A stretch of DNA of 64,000 nt from positions 259,718,001 to 259,782,000 of the forward strand of contig OZ024743.1 in assembly GCA_964016885.1 (NCBI GenBank), in the 5' to 3' direction. Under the pieces are notes generated by a model. That model searched no databases. It had not been told where the DNA came from and was given only the letters and a program-made list of their open reading frames with translations. Positions 25,683 to 38,950 of the stretch are shown here, piece by piece (within the stretch, counting starts at the first letter, position 1; each line of letters begins with the position of its first letter). The stretch comes from Eledone cirrhosa (taxonomy: Eukaryota). Both the position numbers and the translations under genes were made by a program.

Positions 25683-27856
25683 ATAATAATAAATTTGAAG
25701 ACTAAAATCCAAAGAGGGCTCGATAAGGATAAATATATATCAAATATATAAGAACCCTAGAGCAAATATTTATTAAAACAACAGATTAAAGTTTAAGCAA
25801 AGAATCACTGTTTTCACTCTTATGTATATATATAAATATATGGGATAACAAGTTATCGTTATAGGTAATCCTGTTAGAGGTTGTGAGTACTCTGTGTCGT
25901 GGATAGTTTGACTCAACAACATGTTTCCATAGTTAGGCAGCGAGTTCGCGGGAATACCTATGCAGGTTATACTTGGAATAAGAATGAAGAGTAACATGGT
26001 TGGCTGTACAACAAGGGGCTTTATTTCAGGTATTAACAATTGTTTCATTGATCAGGCGAGTCTAGAAGCCGCTAATCGCTCGAAGTTGCGTCAGTCAATC
26101 TCCATTACATTATTTACCTCTGACCAAATCCTCAGAATACGAATAATTCATACATGGCATGATATATATATATATAGAGAGAATAGCGTATAATCAAAAC
26201 AATAAATATATATATATATAGCTGTCGAAACAGCGGGAGCTCAGCCGTCGGGGTCCTGACTCTTTTTCTATATATATATATAAAGGTGAAGTTTTCACCC
26301 GTTACAATGCCCGATTGGCAAAGGGCAGCGAGGGCTTAAAGATATTCTAGTTTCCAAGCACTCACTCTCGGTCATCGCCGCTTGACCCAGGATTGCAGCC
26401 CGTCAAGGTGTTGAGCTTGGGGGAAAATGCGTAGTGAAAGGCGACCACACCTGTTCATCGTCGAGAAAAATTTCGAGGTTTTGTAGCCTCAGCACATGTT
26501 TGCGCATCATCAGCCACGGCATACCTAGGCTCGGTAGTCAGCTGGTAATAAATGAGGGACGCGATATATGCTTTCACCTCCTCCACGCGAACTTTCAGGG
26601 ATAGTTTTCTCTCGGCGCATTTCTTGGTGAGAGTGGCCACCGGCTCGTCACCTCGTCCCAGTTTTTGTGCAATTTAACCGTCCGTCCAGAGACATATAGT
26701 ATGGAAGGTGTAAAGAAAAGCATTATATCGACTTTTGTGTAACAGTCGTATCGCGGTTGTGTGGACCAGGTCCATTGGCACAGGTTCAGGTTGGTGCATT
26801 GTTCATCCTCACGGTCCGTGCACATGCGAGCCTGGTGAAAAGATGGTCCCGCAGGTGCAAGTAGTTAATTATGACCTCAGACCGCGAGTTGATTCCACGG
26901 CTTGATATGCAGAACCGGCACTCCTTACCGCCCAACCCGTATGGAGGCGCATAACTTAGAATCTTCCACCTCGGTATGAAGCTTCGATTTTCATGCTTGA
27001 GCCACCATACTCAGTCGGCCAAACTTGTGTAGGACGACTTGCTTCTATGTTTAAGAGAACACGAGTGATTATAATACCGAGAATTTAGAATCCATGCTTG
27101 TCGGTCCAACATATATGATGTCCTTGTTGTCCATGGAGACCGTACAACTGTAGATCAACCCAGAGGCCTTGCAATTGTTAATTTGGCACTTATTAAGGGT
27201 TCTTACAGTTGCAATTTCCGCCCATCAGCATTTCAGTGTCGGTATTTGTGGCATCGGATGCCAGCAAAGAATCTATATTCTGAAAGGTTCATCTTAGTGG
27301 AGTAACCTGGGCGTCTAGTCATACCTCCTCTCCTAATGGGCCCAGTAGTTATGTTGCCATCACTTGCGTGCACGTTGTCCTGGTGCTCCCGGATCTATTT
27401 AGAGTTTATAACCGCAATTATCTCCGCAAGGACAGGCTTACTGGAAAATGAAAATTCGAGCATATGCCTATTTAACAGCCTGTGGTATTTATTCATTAGT
27501 GCAAAACACTTGTCGAGGGCCGAAAGAAGTTCCCAGGGATTTTGCACCTTACGTGTCTGGATTAGTGGACATTAAACCACATCTCATGCCTATTGCGGGA
27601 TTTGCGGTGGTTTCGCCATTTCCAAGTCCCGCGAGCGACTGTTCGGTTGTGTGTGTGTGTGGTTGGGATTATGTCTTGTGGTATGTGGTGATTAGTCAAT
27701 ACCCATATATGGGTGGGGGGGGGGGGGTACATCATTTTGAATGGGATGCAATGAGATGAGACTTTGGATCTGCTTGACTGACAAGTCTGATGAGCACATT
27801 AGGCTGGAGTTGGGTGCATGAAATTAACATGGATCCTGAGCCACTCATCTGTGAAA
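25305..27856. repeat. ~200-bp inverted repeats (25305-25500 / 27650-27856) enclosing nested repeat debris
   Basis: TTCACAGATGAGTGGCTC..CATCCCATTCAAAATGATGTAC matched in reverse complement. Confidence 0.75.
26400..26690 (-). mobile_element. Old, internally deleted Tx1 ORF2 fragment
   Basis: NWDEVTSR, KCAERKLSLKVRVE..AYIASLIYYQLT, and the LMMRKH segment. Confidence 0.8.
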
Positions 27857-28009
27857 CGGTTTTAACTATGCATAATCAATACAATTTTGTTTTGTTCTTA
27901 ATATATATGCACAGTCTGCCATAGAATAGAGTGGTGATTTTGGAACCTTCTTCAGTAAACCACGAATCTACTGAACTACTTATTATTTATAAATGTATAT
28001 ATGTATTTT

Positions 28010-28410
<401 letters not shown>

Positions 28411-28816
28411 CACAAATAAGTAGAAATTCATAGGAAAAGATATTATATTTAGATAAATTGTATTATAAGATTGTGATCCATAAGGATTATATTTAGGTAT
28501 TATCGATCAATGGAATAAAGTGAGCGAACAGGAAAAAGAATGAAATAGACAAAAAACAAACAAAACATAGCTAAGAAGGAATAATGTTAAGACAGAGTTG
28601 TGACTGAAAACCAAGGTAATATAAAAAATCTATTGTATGTTAACTACTCCTATGTTCCTACGATGTTGTGTTTCAATAACTGTGATATATTTAATAATCC
28701 TTTCAGGAGCAGAAAACGATTACATAAATTTGCCTCCTCGCCCGCACCAATCTATTTTTCTATTTTCTATATGTTGGTCCCTCCCTCTCTCTCTCTATAT
28801 ATATATATAGAGAGAG

Positions 28817-28851
<35 letters not shown>

Positions 28852-28866
28852 ATATATTTATTTATT

Positions 28867-28985
<119 letters not shown>

Positions 28986-31953
28986 GGGGGGGGGGGTATT
29001 TAACAATCACCCCGTTAGGCCTATCTTTATCACAGTGTATATCTGGCAGTGTATCAAATTATGGCCGCTGTATATATTGATCAACAACACTATTGTTTGT
29101 TTTATTTGAAGGCAATTTACCCCTCCAGTTTCTAAATTAAACTTTGATGCAAGCATTCAGACTTCGCTCATAAATTCTAGAACCCTGATTACTTAGACGC
29201 CAATAAAAATATAGAATTAAAAATGCCAAATTTTTTTTTCATTCCTGAATAACACATTGCATCGATTCTGTTATGATATTGTATTAATTTTTGCTATAAA
29301 TACCTAATGTTTCGATTTTTCCCACCCTTCAATAAAACAATAAACACTTTAAATTATGAATTTAATTTGTCGATGTCTTACAATAGACTGAATTATTTTC
29401 GAGTATTTCATTTATATATAAATATATCTATCAGCGACTATATTTTTCCTTGCATCTCTTCGTTGGATTGCAAATGTTGGCAACATTAATAAGTTTTTCT
29501 TGTAACTGTCTTTGTTTATATCATTGTTTATCAATGTCATGGAATTCTTCTATTAACGTTTATTTCTATTTAAAGATTGAAATGATATAAAATATTTCCT
29601 ATAATCTTTTCCATTTCTATAAATATTAAAGACAAATATAGAGGAGTTCTTTCCAAGAGGTTTTCCCTATTATGTAGTATCAATATAATAGAAATTCTCT
29701 TCGTTATTCACTTTAATGTTTCTCATTACTTGTTTAGGATGGAACTAATGTCCCAGCAGTAATATGTTCTGTACGATATCAACTTAACATGGACAACTTA
29801 CAGCATGGATGAGAGAATCATATCTAAATTCAACATATCAATAGGCACTGAGCTACTCCATGATAATAAACATATTCAACAAATCCCAATAATTATATGC
29901 TTCTCAAATACATTTCTAAACTCAACAAAATCAGTTGTTACCAAACCATTCAAATAAATCATTCGAGCATTTAACAAGAACCATTGTCTCTGTGTATGGA
30001 ATTTTCCTTGAATAGAATACCATTTGTAGGTCAAAACCTCTTTGAACAATTTGATTTCAAGTATATAGTACCAACAGCAGTTATTCCCCTTACGCCTATT
30101 ATATATGGACGCATGCCTATATGAAAACAGTAAAACACTGAGATATAAATAGCAAAGCGAAGCTTCGCTAATCACTAGATTTCCATCCAGCTACGACCAG
30201 TGTTATTAATGGATATGCAGGCCCTCTGAGATTGGTGAGATTCATACATTGAATGTGACTCTTCAATAGCTACGAGTTAAATGCTGCAGGAAAAAATATA
30301 AGCAGAAAGAGAAGTTTAGAGGATCGATGTGTGGAAAGTGGACATGGCTATTTACGTTGAACATCATTGATTCACGTTCGTAACTCAAGTAGTTACGAAT
30401 ATTTCCGAAACAACTTTACCATTCGATTGGTTCAGGGTGACCAAACGGCTTTAGGAACTGCATAGTGAGAAGGCGGCGCGTCTGTTGAAGAAAGGCAGAT
30501 GTGTGTTAATCAGATCACATTTTTCATAGTCTAGAGTTACTGAGTATGCACCAGCTACATCATCCCCAGTTCATCATTTGAGCATTCTTTCCTCAGCTTC
30601 CATAACAAAGCGTTCTTCGCAACACTACTACTAAGAACTCATTTGTAATCTGAAAACTCATTACTCTGCTAAATACTTTTTGTTTTTGATGTGATTGTTA
30701 CAATTAATTATTAAGTTAGCACTCAACTAAATGGTAAATACTTTTACATCCAAACACATGATTTATTCTTTGTTATGTGATAGAAAATATTAGTTCCAAG
30801 CAGAAAATCATGTTATAGATTACGTGAAATATTTACAACCGATAGATTCTTCACAATATTGTTGATCTCGCCTGAATCTAATGTATCTAAGGTAGATATT
30901 GGTACTGTTTCGCTTCAGTTCAACCCTAAATGAGTAGACATTCCAGCTGTCTATATGCTTTATTTATTTTTTTTTAATTTTGCTTAGAACTGCTGTATCT
31001 AAGCCTAAGTGAAATACAGTGTCTGTTTTAGTGTTACCAAGCTTTTTACGTATTGATCATAGCAAGAAATATTTAATGTTAGGTCCATAATTTTCAACAT
31101 GGCTCGATATAAGCATGGCAGTGTAGTGTCTGATTCTTTTTAAAACAAATACAATGAATCAGGAGACATAACTCTGCATGCGTAGGTTAATGTTACCTGC
31201 AAATGTATAAGGATTCAATATAATGTCATATGATTTAGTGAAGTATAGAGAAATATGAGGAATGAAATCAAAGCACCCTATGATGAGGTTTAAAAATACT
31301 GACAGCAAAATAGCAACTTCAATAGTATAAATCAGTGGAGCCCAACGTTTGGTCCATTTTTTTAGGTGAATTTTCCCAAGGAATGTTCCCAATAGAGTTA
31401 CTCTTATCCTATACTGTTCTATGGCGAGAGTAGCAATCGAAAGAGACAGATATTTTCAAACAAAGAATGCTGAATACGTAAACCTTTGCATGTATTATGC
31501 TTTTAATAAAGTAATTCAGATTTTTAACTTCGCTCACGCACGCCTCAGAACTGATTTTACAGAACTATTGTAGATGGTGGTGAGCCGCTAATTACTGGAA
31601 TATTGTTAATTTATTTCCTATAACATGACGTTAATTATGTGTGTTTTTTTTTTTTGTAATTTAATCATTAAATTCATCTCCATGGTCCTTCACTAAAAAG
31701 AACAACAACAACAACATCAACAACAACAATAAACAGATAAAATTCGACATTAGCACTGACAACATCACAAAGTATAGGGAAAAGAAATAAAAGAAAATAT
31801 GAAAAAGTAAAAAAGGTAAATCAGATTCCGTCAATGAAGTGTAAAGGGTTGGTGTCAGTTCCAAACATAATATCTAGTAAATCGATTGAGCCTAGAAATA
31901 GGTCATCAAAAAACTGTTATCCTGCATGCTCTGGAAGAGTCATTTACACATAT

Positions 31954-32008
<55 letters not shown>

Positions 32009-32092
32009 ATACCCCCTTTCTCTCTCACACACTCTCTCTCCCTCATTAATAAATATATAAAAGTGTGTGTGTACTCTACATAAACTGACACG

Positions 32093-32182
<90 letters not shown>

Positions 32183-32354
32183 GGAGAAAGAGAGTGAGAA
32201 AGACATTTGTGTGTGCGTACGTAAACGCGCACTTTGTCATATATGATGAAGATATATATGTATATATGTTTGTAAGTGTATGTATGTGTGTGTGTGAGGA
32301 GAGAGAGATATATGTAAATATGTACCATTAAACACAGCCAATGAAAGTAAAACC

Positions 32355-32435
<81 letters not shown>

Positions 32436-32727
32436 AGGGGGTGAGAGAGAGAGTTTGACTTTCATTGGGAGTGTGAAAGGATGTGTATGTGTGTACATTT
32501 TCTAAGTTATGTGTTCCTGCATAAATCTTTTCTGTGCATTGATGTGTGATTTCAATTGCACTTTGGACAACTATTTCTATATATATATGTGTAGCACAAT
32601 ACAAGGGCACTTTATATATCTCTAAATGTGTACCTACATTTCTAAAAGTACACACATACAAATATATATGTATATATATTTACATATATATGTGTGCGCG
32701 CGCGATTGGGTGTGTGTGTATTGCAGG

Positions 32728-33900
32728 TTGGAAATGAGCCATCCTCCAATGGAAACAGAGGTGTAGAAGTTTTTAAGTTTCTCTTGCGTGATGTTTCCCT
32801 GGAAGATGTTGAAAAGCACTACAGAAAGAAGAAATCTTTGTAAAACTCCCACTGTTGTCCTGAAGAATTATTTGATGTTGTTATTCAGGAGAACTGCACT
32901 GTTTAATTACTTGCCAAAGTTGAAACCCATCATCACCTTCCACAAACCTTCATGCCAAACACGATCAAAGGCTTTTTTAAATTGATGAAATTATCATAGA
33001 AATCAGATTGGTGCTGCAGGTGTTTCTCAGTGAGCAGTCTGATGTTAAATATCTGCTCTGCTGTATTTCTTTAGGCCTTAATCCAGCCTGTTCTTCTGCC
33101 AGGATTTCTACTACCTTTCCCTAAATTCTGTTTAGAACTCTTAGCAGTACTTTTCTGGGATAGCTAATTAGGATATCTAATCTGTAATTCTGACAGAGTC
33201 TTAAGCTTCATTTTGGGGGGAATGGGTATCATCAGCGATTGTGTCCACTTCTTTGGCCACTTCTTTGTTTCCATTATGTTCTGACAGGAATCTGTCAGTG
33301 CCTTGATAGGTTTGGGCCCTCCAAGTTAGGAATCAGTGAAGCTAAACTCTAGGACCTTACTAGCAGGCTGGGAAAAATATCAGGAGATCAGCTCAGAAAT
33401 ATAAGATGAGCTGAGAAAAGAGCAAGATTCTGTTTAATAATAACAATCAGAACACAACAACCAACATCATGCTGAACGGAAGAAGACTTGAGGAAGTGGA
33501 CACCTTCATGTACATAGGATACAATCTATCCAAAGATAGTAGATTTCAAAGGGAGACACTGACAAGATTTGCCCTGAATGTCATATTGAAAAGCAATTCC
33601 ATCTGTTTTCCAACGAAGTTCAAACTGTACAAGTTCTTGGTGACTTCGAAACTTTTGTAATGTTGTGAGAGCTGGACTCTCACAGCTGACATGGAATGAA
33701 GAATCCAGTCATACAAGCACAAATGCTTCAGAAGTTTGCTACACACCCCATACACGGACCACAGAATAAACAGCTTTGTCAGGCAACAAATTATCAAATA
33801 TACTGGCAGACAAGAACCATTCCTTGCCTTGTGTGGTCATATATACCGCCACAACTTCTTGTCCAAAACTATATTTCGTGGCATAGTACTGGACCGACAA
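32728..33900. mobile_element. Decayed RTE-clade LINE with 5' inversion (32728-33325 minus, ~33328-33900 plus)
   Basis: Minus: KKWTQSLMIPIP, LAEEQAG, KAFDRVWHEG, VSIGGWLISNL. Plus: NGRRLEEVDTFMYIG, TKFKLYKFLV, CESWTL. Confidence 0.8.
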
Positions 33901-34117
33901 CTTCAAAGAATGTACAGGTCACAACACCGAAATCTTTCTACGCATGACGGAGAATAGAGACCAATATACCAACATTCTGAACCTCTTGAATGACTGGATT
34001 CTTCATTCGATGTCAGCTGTGAGAGTCCATGTAAACGATCTCTATAAATGACTGACTCCACCATTTGTGGTAACAAGATTGTGATGATGATACACACACA
34101 CACACACACATACAGAC

Positions 34118-34231
<114 letters not shown>

Positions 34232-34279
34232 ATAAATAAATATACACGGGTGTGTATGATTGTGGATAGAAGATTATAT

Positions 34280-35240
34280 TAATAAAAGAAATTCCAATTT
34301 TGTCTGATTTACTCGTTTTATTTACAATTCTTTAAAATTATAATAATATTATAATGAAATAGTATGGTAGAATATTAAATGTTAAATGTTAATTGAACAA
34401 GTACTTTCATGCTTTCGCAATCTTCAGGTTCATATTCAGTGGAGACAGTCAAGTTTGCAATTTTCAACTGTAATGAGATGGGTAAAATCTGTGCCTTATA
34501 TACAGTAAAAAGGGGCTACAGAATGCTAAGTTTTGCAAGCTGTATTTCGACCAATCGGTGTATAATTTCACTAGATTACTAAAGCTGATTGGTTTAAGCG
34601 TCACGGTTGGTTGAGAATATCTAACGACTTCTATTTGACGCTATCCAAAACATTAATTGTTTTGCTATTTTTAGAAATGATGAAAATAGCATTATCTAGG
34701 GTTTTTATAAAAAATCTTCAGTAATTCTGAACATCAACATCACTTTTAATATTATGATTGTTGTTGTTGTTAGTGGTGGTAGTCGACATGGTCGTAGGCG
34801 TAGTCATAGTATGAGTAATACCCCTAAGCATTATTATTGTTAATTTAGCTTGGGTTGGAATTTATCAATAAAATTATTTTCTTTAATTTTTCTCTTGATT
34901 TCACTTGGGCTGTGTAATTTGTAGAATGGAAATATTATAAATATTTTCTGACCACATGTTGCTAAATGGTTACTCAGGGGTATCTGACGGACATTTGGGT
35001 CTCTGATTTGCTGTCGGTGTACCCGTGAACGTTCCGATAGTGAATTTCCAGTTTGACCGACATACAGTTCTTCACAATTCGGGCATTTAATGCATTAATA
35101 TAGATTTCTGCTTTTGCAGTTCATATTTGCATTTGGGAATATTTTTCCAGTTTTTGTGTTCATATATTGACCACTATGTATGAATTGACATGTGCCACAT
35201 CGACTATCATTGCATTTCGATACAGTGAATGATTGGTCTT
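34280..35240 (-). mobile_element. Decayed PLE 3' fragment (GIY-YIG) with pLTR; second pLTR copy at 36085-36293
   Basis: CIKCPNCEELYVGQTGNSLSERSRVHRQQIRDP..IPLSNHL; 34280-34492 repeats at 36085-36293 with CTGAAGA..GAAA remnant. Confidence 0.8.
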
Positions 35241-35774
35241 TGTTGTTAAGGTCAAACCATCTAGCAACATGTGGTCAGAAAATATTTATAATACAAGGGA
35301 CGTAACTATCAAGACCTCTACCAATTAACGATAGAACGGAGGTAACCATTAGCTGTCAACATCGAAGGGCTAATTCCTTCGCCAATAGAGTTTTTGACCC
35401 AACTTAGTCATGTAGCCCCATCTCTAATTGTAGCTAATAAGTTAAATTGCTATGAACAACTCGATAATTATAAGTTACCTCCCCTACATTGTCTCTCAAT
35501 TAAATAATTTAAATACTAGCACATAACTATAAAATACACACAATCTCTACTCTCTCGAGAAGTTACTTCCCCTGAAACCACCCTCTAATTAGTAAGGTAA
35601 ATATGCCCTTTGGCAGCCATCTTGTTACCCATAGGCAGATCTCACACAATGCAGCCTCGACAGATGAGTACTGCTTGATTATGGCTGACAGCTGATGAAA
35701 CAAAGGCACCATAGTAAAAACTAATATATGGAACATTATATTATGTAACATTATTTTAATTTATATTCCTTTGA

Positions 35775-35895
35775 GTTCCGATGAGCCACTCTGTTTTTTT
35801 AAATATGTTAATTATTTTCAACTGAACCAGATCAATTATGATACATAGTCATCTGATCCAGAAATATTATACGGAGTAGCGAAACAATTGTAAAC
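35775..35895 (+). ncRNA. Hammerhead-like motif with ~80-nt loop II, core mutated (CCGAUGA)
   Basis: GTT-CCGATGA-GCCACTCTG...CGGAGTAGC-GAAA-CAATTG-TA-AAC. Confidence 0.5.
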
Positions 35896-36028
35896 GGGCA
35901 TTATTATTATTAATATTATTATTATTATTATTATTATTCTCTACATTCCTTACATCAAACTAAATATGTTGACACTCTTTTAATAATGTCTTCCTTGTGA
36001 AATTTGTGGTCTTCTTTTGCTTAACTAA

Positions 36029-36082
<54 letters not shown>

Positions 36083-36367
36083 AATAAAACGAATTCAATC
36101 TTTGTCTGATTTACTCGTTTTATTTACAATCCTTTAAAATTATAATGATATTATAATGAGATAGTATGGTAGAATATTAAATGTTAAATGTTAATTGAAC
36201 AAATACTTTCACGCTTTCGCAATCTTCAGGTTCATATTCAGTGGTGACAGTCAAGTTTGCAATTTTCAACTGCAATGAGATGGGTAAAATCTGTATATAG
36301 ATATAGATATATAATAATTAAGTGAAATATGTAAAATTTGGCTTCGTTTATTACAAATTATAGATAT

Positions 36368-36422
36368 ACTGCTATATATATTTCGGTGACAGCCATCATC
36401 GGCTGTGACCTCTTCAGGCAGT
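36368..36422 (-). ncRNA. Type I hammerhead ribozyme, intact
   Basis: Minus strand ACTGC-CTGAAGA-GGT c ACAGCC gatgat GGCTGT c ACC-GAAA-TATATA-TA-GCAGT. Confidence 0.82.
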
Positions 36423-36643
36423 CCGAATTGGTGTGGGACGAACAGCTACACATGTTGTTGAAGTGTGTTTTACTCCGTCAATCCATCGATATGTCCAGTT
36501 CCTCTTAGGAACTGCAATCATACTCCGGAGTAAACAAACCAACCTGCGTACTTCGTGGAGTGCTCCTATCTGCATACTGAGGTGTCGGTAAACAACCAAC
36601 AAATACTCAAAATATATTTATATATATATATGCGTGTGTGTGC

Positions 36644-36733
<90 letters not shown>

Positions 36734-36826
36734 GTATAAATATATGGATATATATATGTATATGTATAAATATAGGCATGTTTATATACATATCCAGATC
36801 CCCCCACCCCCACCCACACACATACA

Positions 36827-36872
<46 letters not shown>

Positions 36873-36879
<7 letters not shown>

Positions 36880-37195
36880 ATACTTTGGGAGGGTCATGTT
36901 GCCAATAAGAAACACACGCACCAGTTGCTTTCACTTCAATTTATTATATATTTATAAATTTATAAATTTACAAATCTACAAACTTATAAATTTCTGGTTG
37001 GTTGGTTGGTTCCAGAAATTTATAAGTTTGTAGATTTGTAAGTTTATAAATTTATAAATATATAATAAATTGAAGTGAAAGCTACTGGTGCGTGTGTTTC
37101 TTATTGGCAACATTACCCTCCCAAAGTATAACAATATCGGTTTCAACACACGATTTCAGATAAAGAATCTTGCTAAACAAATTCAGAAACGAAAT
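36873..37195. repeat. Near-perfect fold-back (~125-bp arms) built from a PLE pLTR end, with ~60-nt 3' extension
   Basis: 36873-36996 reverse-complements 37012-37136; termini resemble 8205 and 10110-10188. Confidence 0.85.
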
Positions 37196-38253
37196 ATATA
37201 TATATATATAAATATATATATATGTGTATATGTATATATGTGTGTGTATATATATATATATATATACCTATATATGCATACATTTAATATATATTGCATA
37301 TAAATATGTGTATGTGAGATAAAGAGGAAGGGGGAAAAAGTTTCATAAAACATATGGCTCTGTAGTTTCTGGCGTTGCTTTGTATTTTATTTCTGTGTCT
37401 ATCTATATATATATATATATAATCTTTGTCTTCATATTTTACTGGATTCTGAACTGCAACCCATTCTAACTGAATGGGCTACATTTTAAAATTATTTCAG
37501 TTGTATCTATGATGGAAGCCCACTTTCTCCTTTGAAGATTTGTTTTATTGAAGCGCGAAATCAAATGAAAATCTCATTGGAATTGTTCTCTAGCATACAC
37601 ACACATCTCTCTTTCTCTCTCTCTCTATTTCTCTCTCTATCACTATCTCTCTCTTTCTTTCTTTCTCTTTCTCTCTCTCTCTCACACACACTCACACTCA
37701 TACACACATACATACATATATAGCGAGAGAGACATATATATATGTACATTCCTCTTAGGAGAGCATTATTCCACTTCATAATTTAGTCAAATGGCATCCA
37801 TAATGTACTCAAGCATCTGACGACATCACGGAGTAATGTGCATAGGTTCGTTGAAATAATGTAATAGTAATAATATTCATAGTAACATTAATAGTAATTG
37901 TTATGTGAAAGATTTGCCAGTACAACTATTATATTTCACACAAGACATTCAATGTTGAATAACTAAATAATTAATTTAGGTAATTTTTTAATTTTTTAAA
38001 ACTTTTTGCTCCTTCTGAAATGGGTTAAAGTTACTTCACACCTTATACACAGAAGAGAAAGACGTGTTGCTTAAATGTTTAAGAGCCTCGCTAGTTGAGT
38101 GAGTGCATCAGTGCAGTAAATTAAGTTATTCCAAGGAGGAATGGAAACCGAAATGCAAAGTGCATTATGCATTGATAAATTCACAGAAATATTATTATTA
38201 TTATTATTATGAATAAATAAATAAAGAAATAAATCATTATTATTATTATTATT

Positions 38254-38950
38254 CGTCTTTGAGTCTCAGTCATTGATGTTATTTAACTGGAAAGTTTGTT
38301 GAAATGAATATCAAGCCACTACCTGCAGCTTCAGATATTCAGGACGTATCGTAGGGCTCTTGCTGTTCCCAGCAAGCATGCCTTTTGAAGTGTTCCAAAA
38401 AGCGGGGCGGGACCAATTTTCTTTAACCATCCTTGGAAACTCTTTGAGATAGTACCTAGTGTGCCTATGACAATCGGGACCACTTTGACCTCATGGCAGT
38501 TCCAAATCCTTTTTACCTCCCAATTTAAGTCCTGGTATCGGTTAATTTTCTCCCTCTCCTTTACTTGCACTCTCGTGTCGAATGGGCAGGCTACATCTAC
38601 AATCAGGCACGATCTTTTGTCCTTGTCCAAAACCACCAGGTTAGGCCTATTGTGTTCTAATTTCTCGCCCGTCTGTATCCTAAAATCCCATAGCACCTTC
38701 ACCTGATCGTTTTCTATCACCGACTCTGGCTTATGCGCATACCACTTCTCAGAATGTGGTAAATTGTTTACTTTGCATAGGTGCCAGTGGATCACCCTGC
38801 CCATCACATCATGTCTCCAGCCTTTATAGTGAGTCTGGACTAGGTGTTTACACTCGGATACAATGTGAGCCACAGTCTCCTCTCTCTCTCCACAGATCCT
38901 ACACAGTGGGCTAGCCTCCTCCTTGTAAATATGGTGTTTCACCCACTTCG
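38254..38950 (-). mobile_element. R4/Dong-like 3' fragment (CCHC + REL endonuclease, ORF 38331-38942)
   Basis: CRICGEREETVAHIVSEC, RHD, RPNLVV, IVDVACPFD; (TAA)n tail; same family as 16752-17622. Confidence 0.92.
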
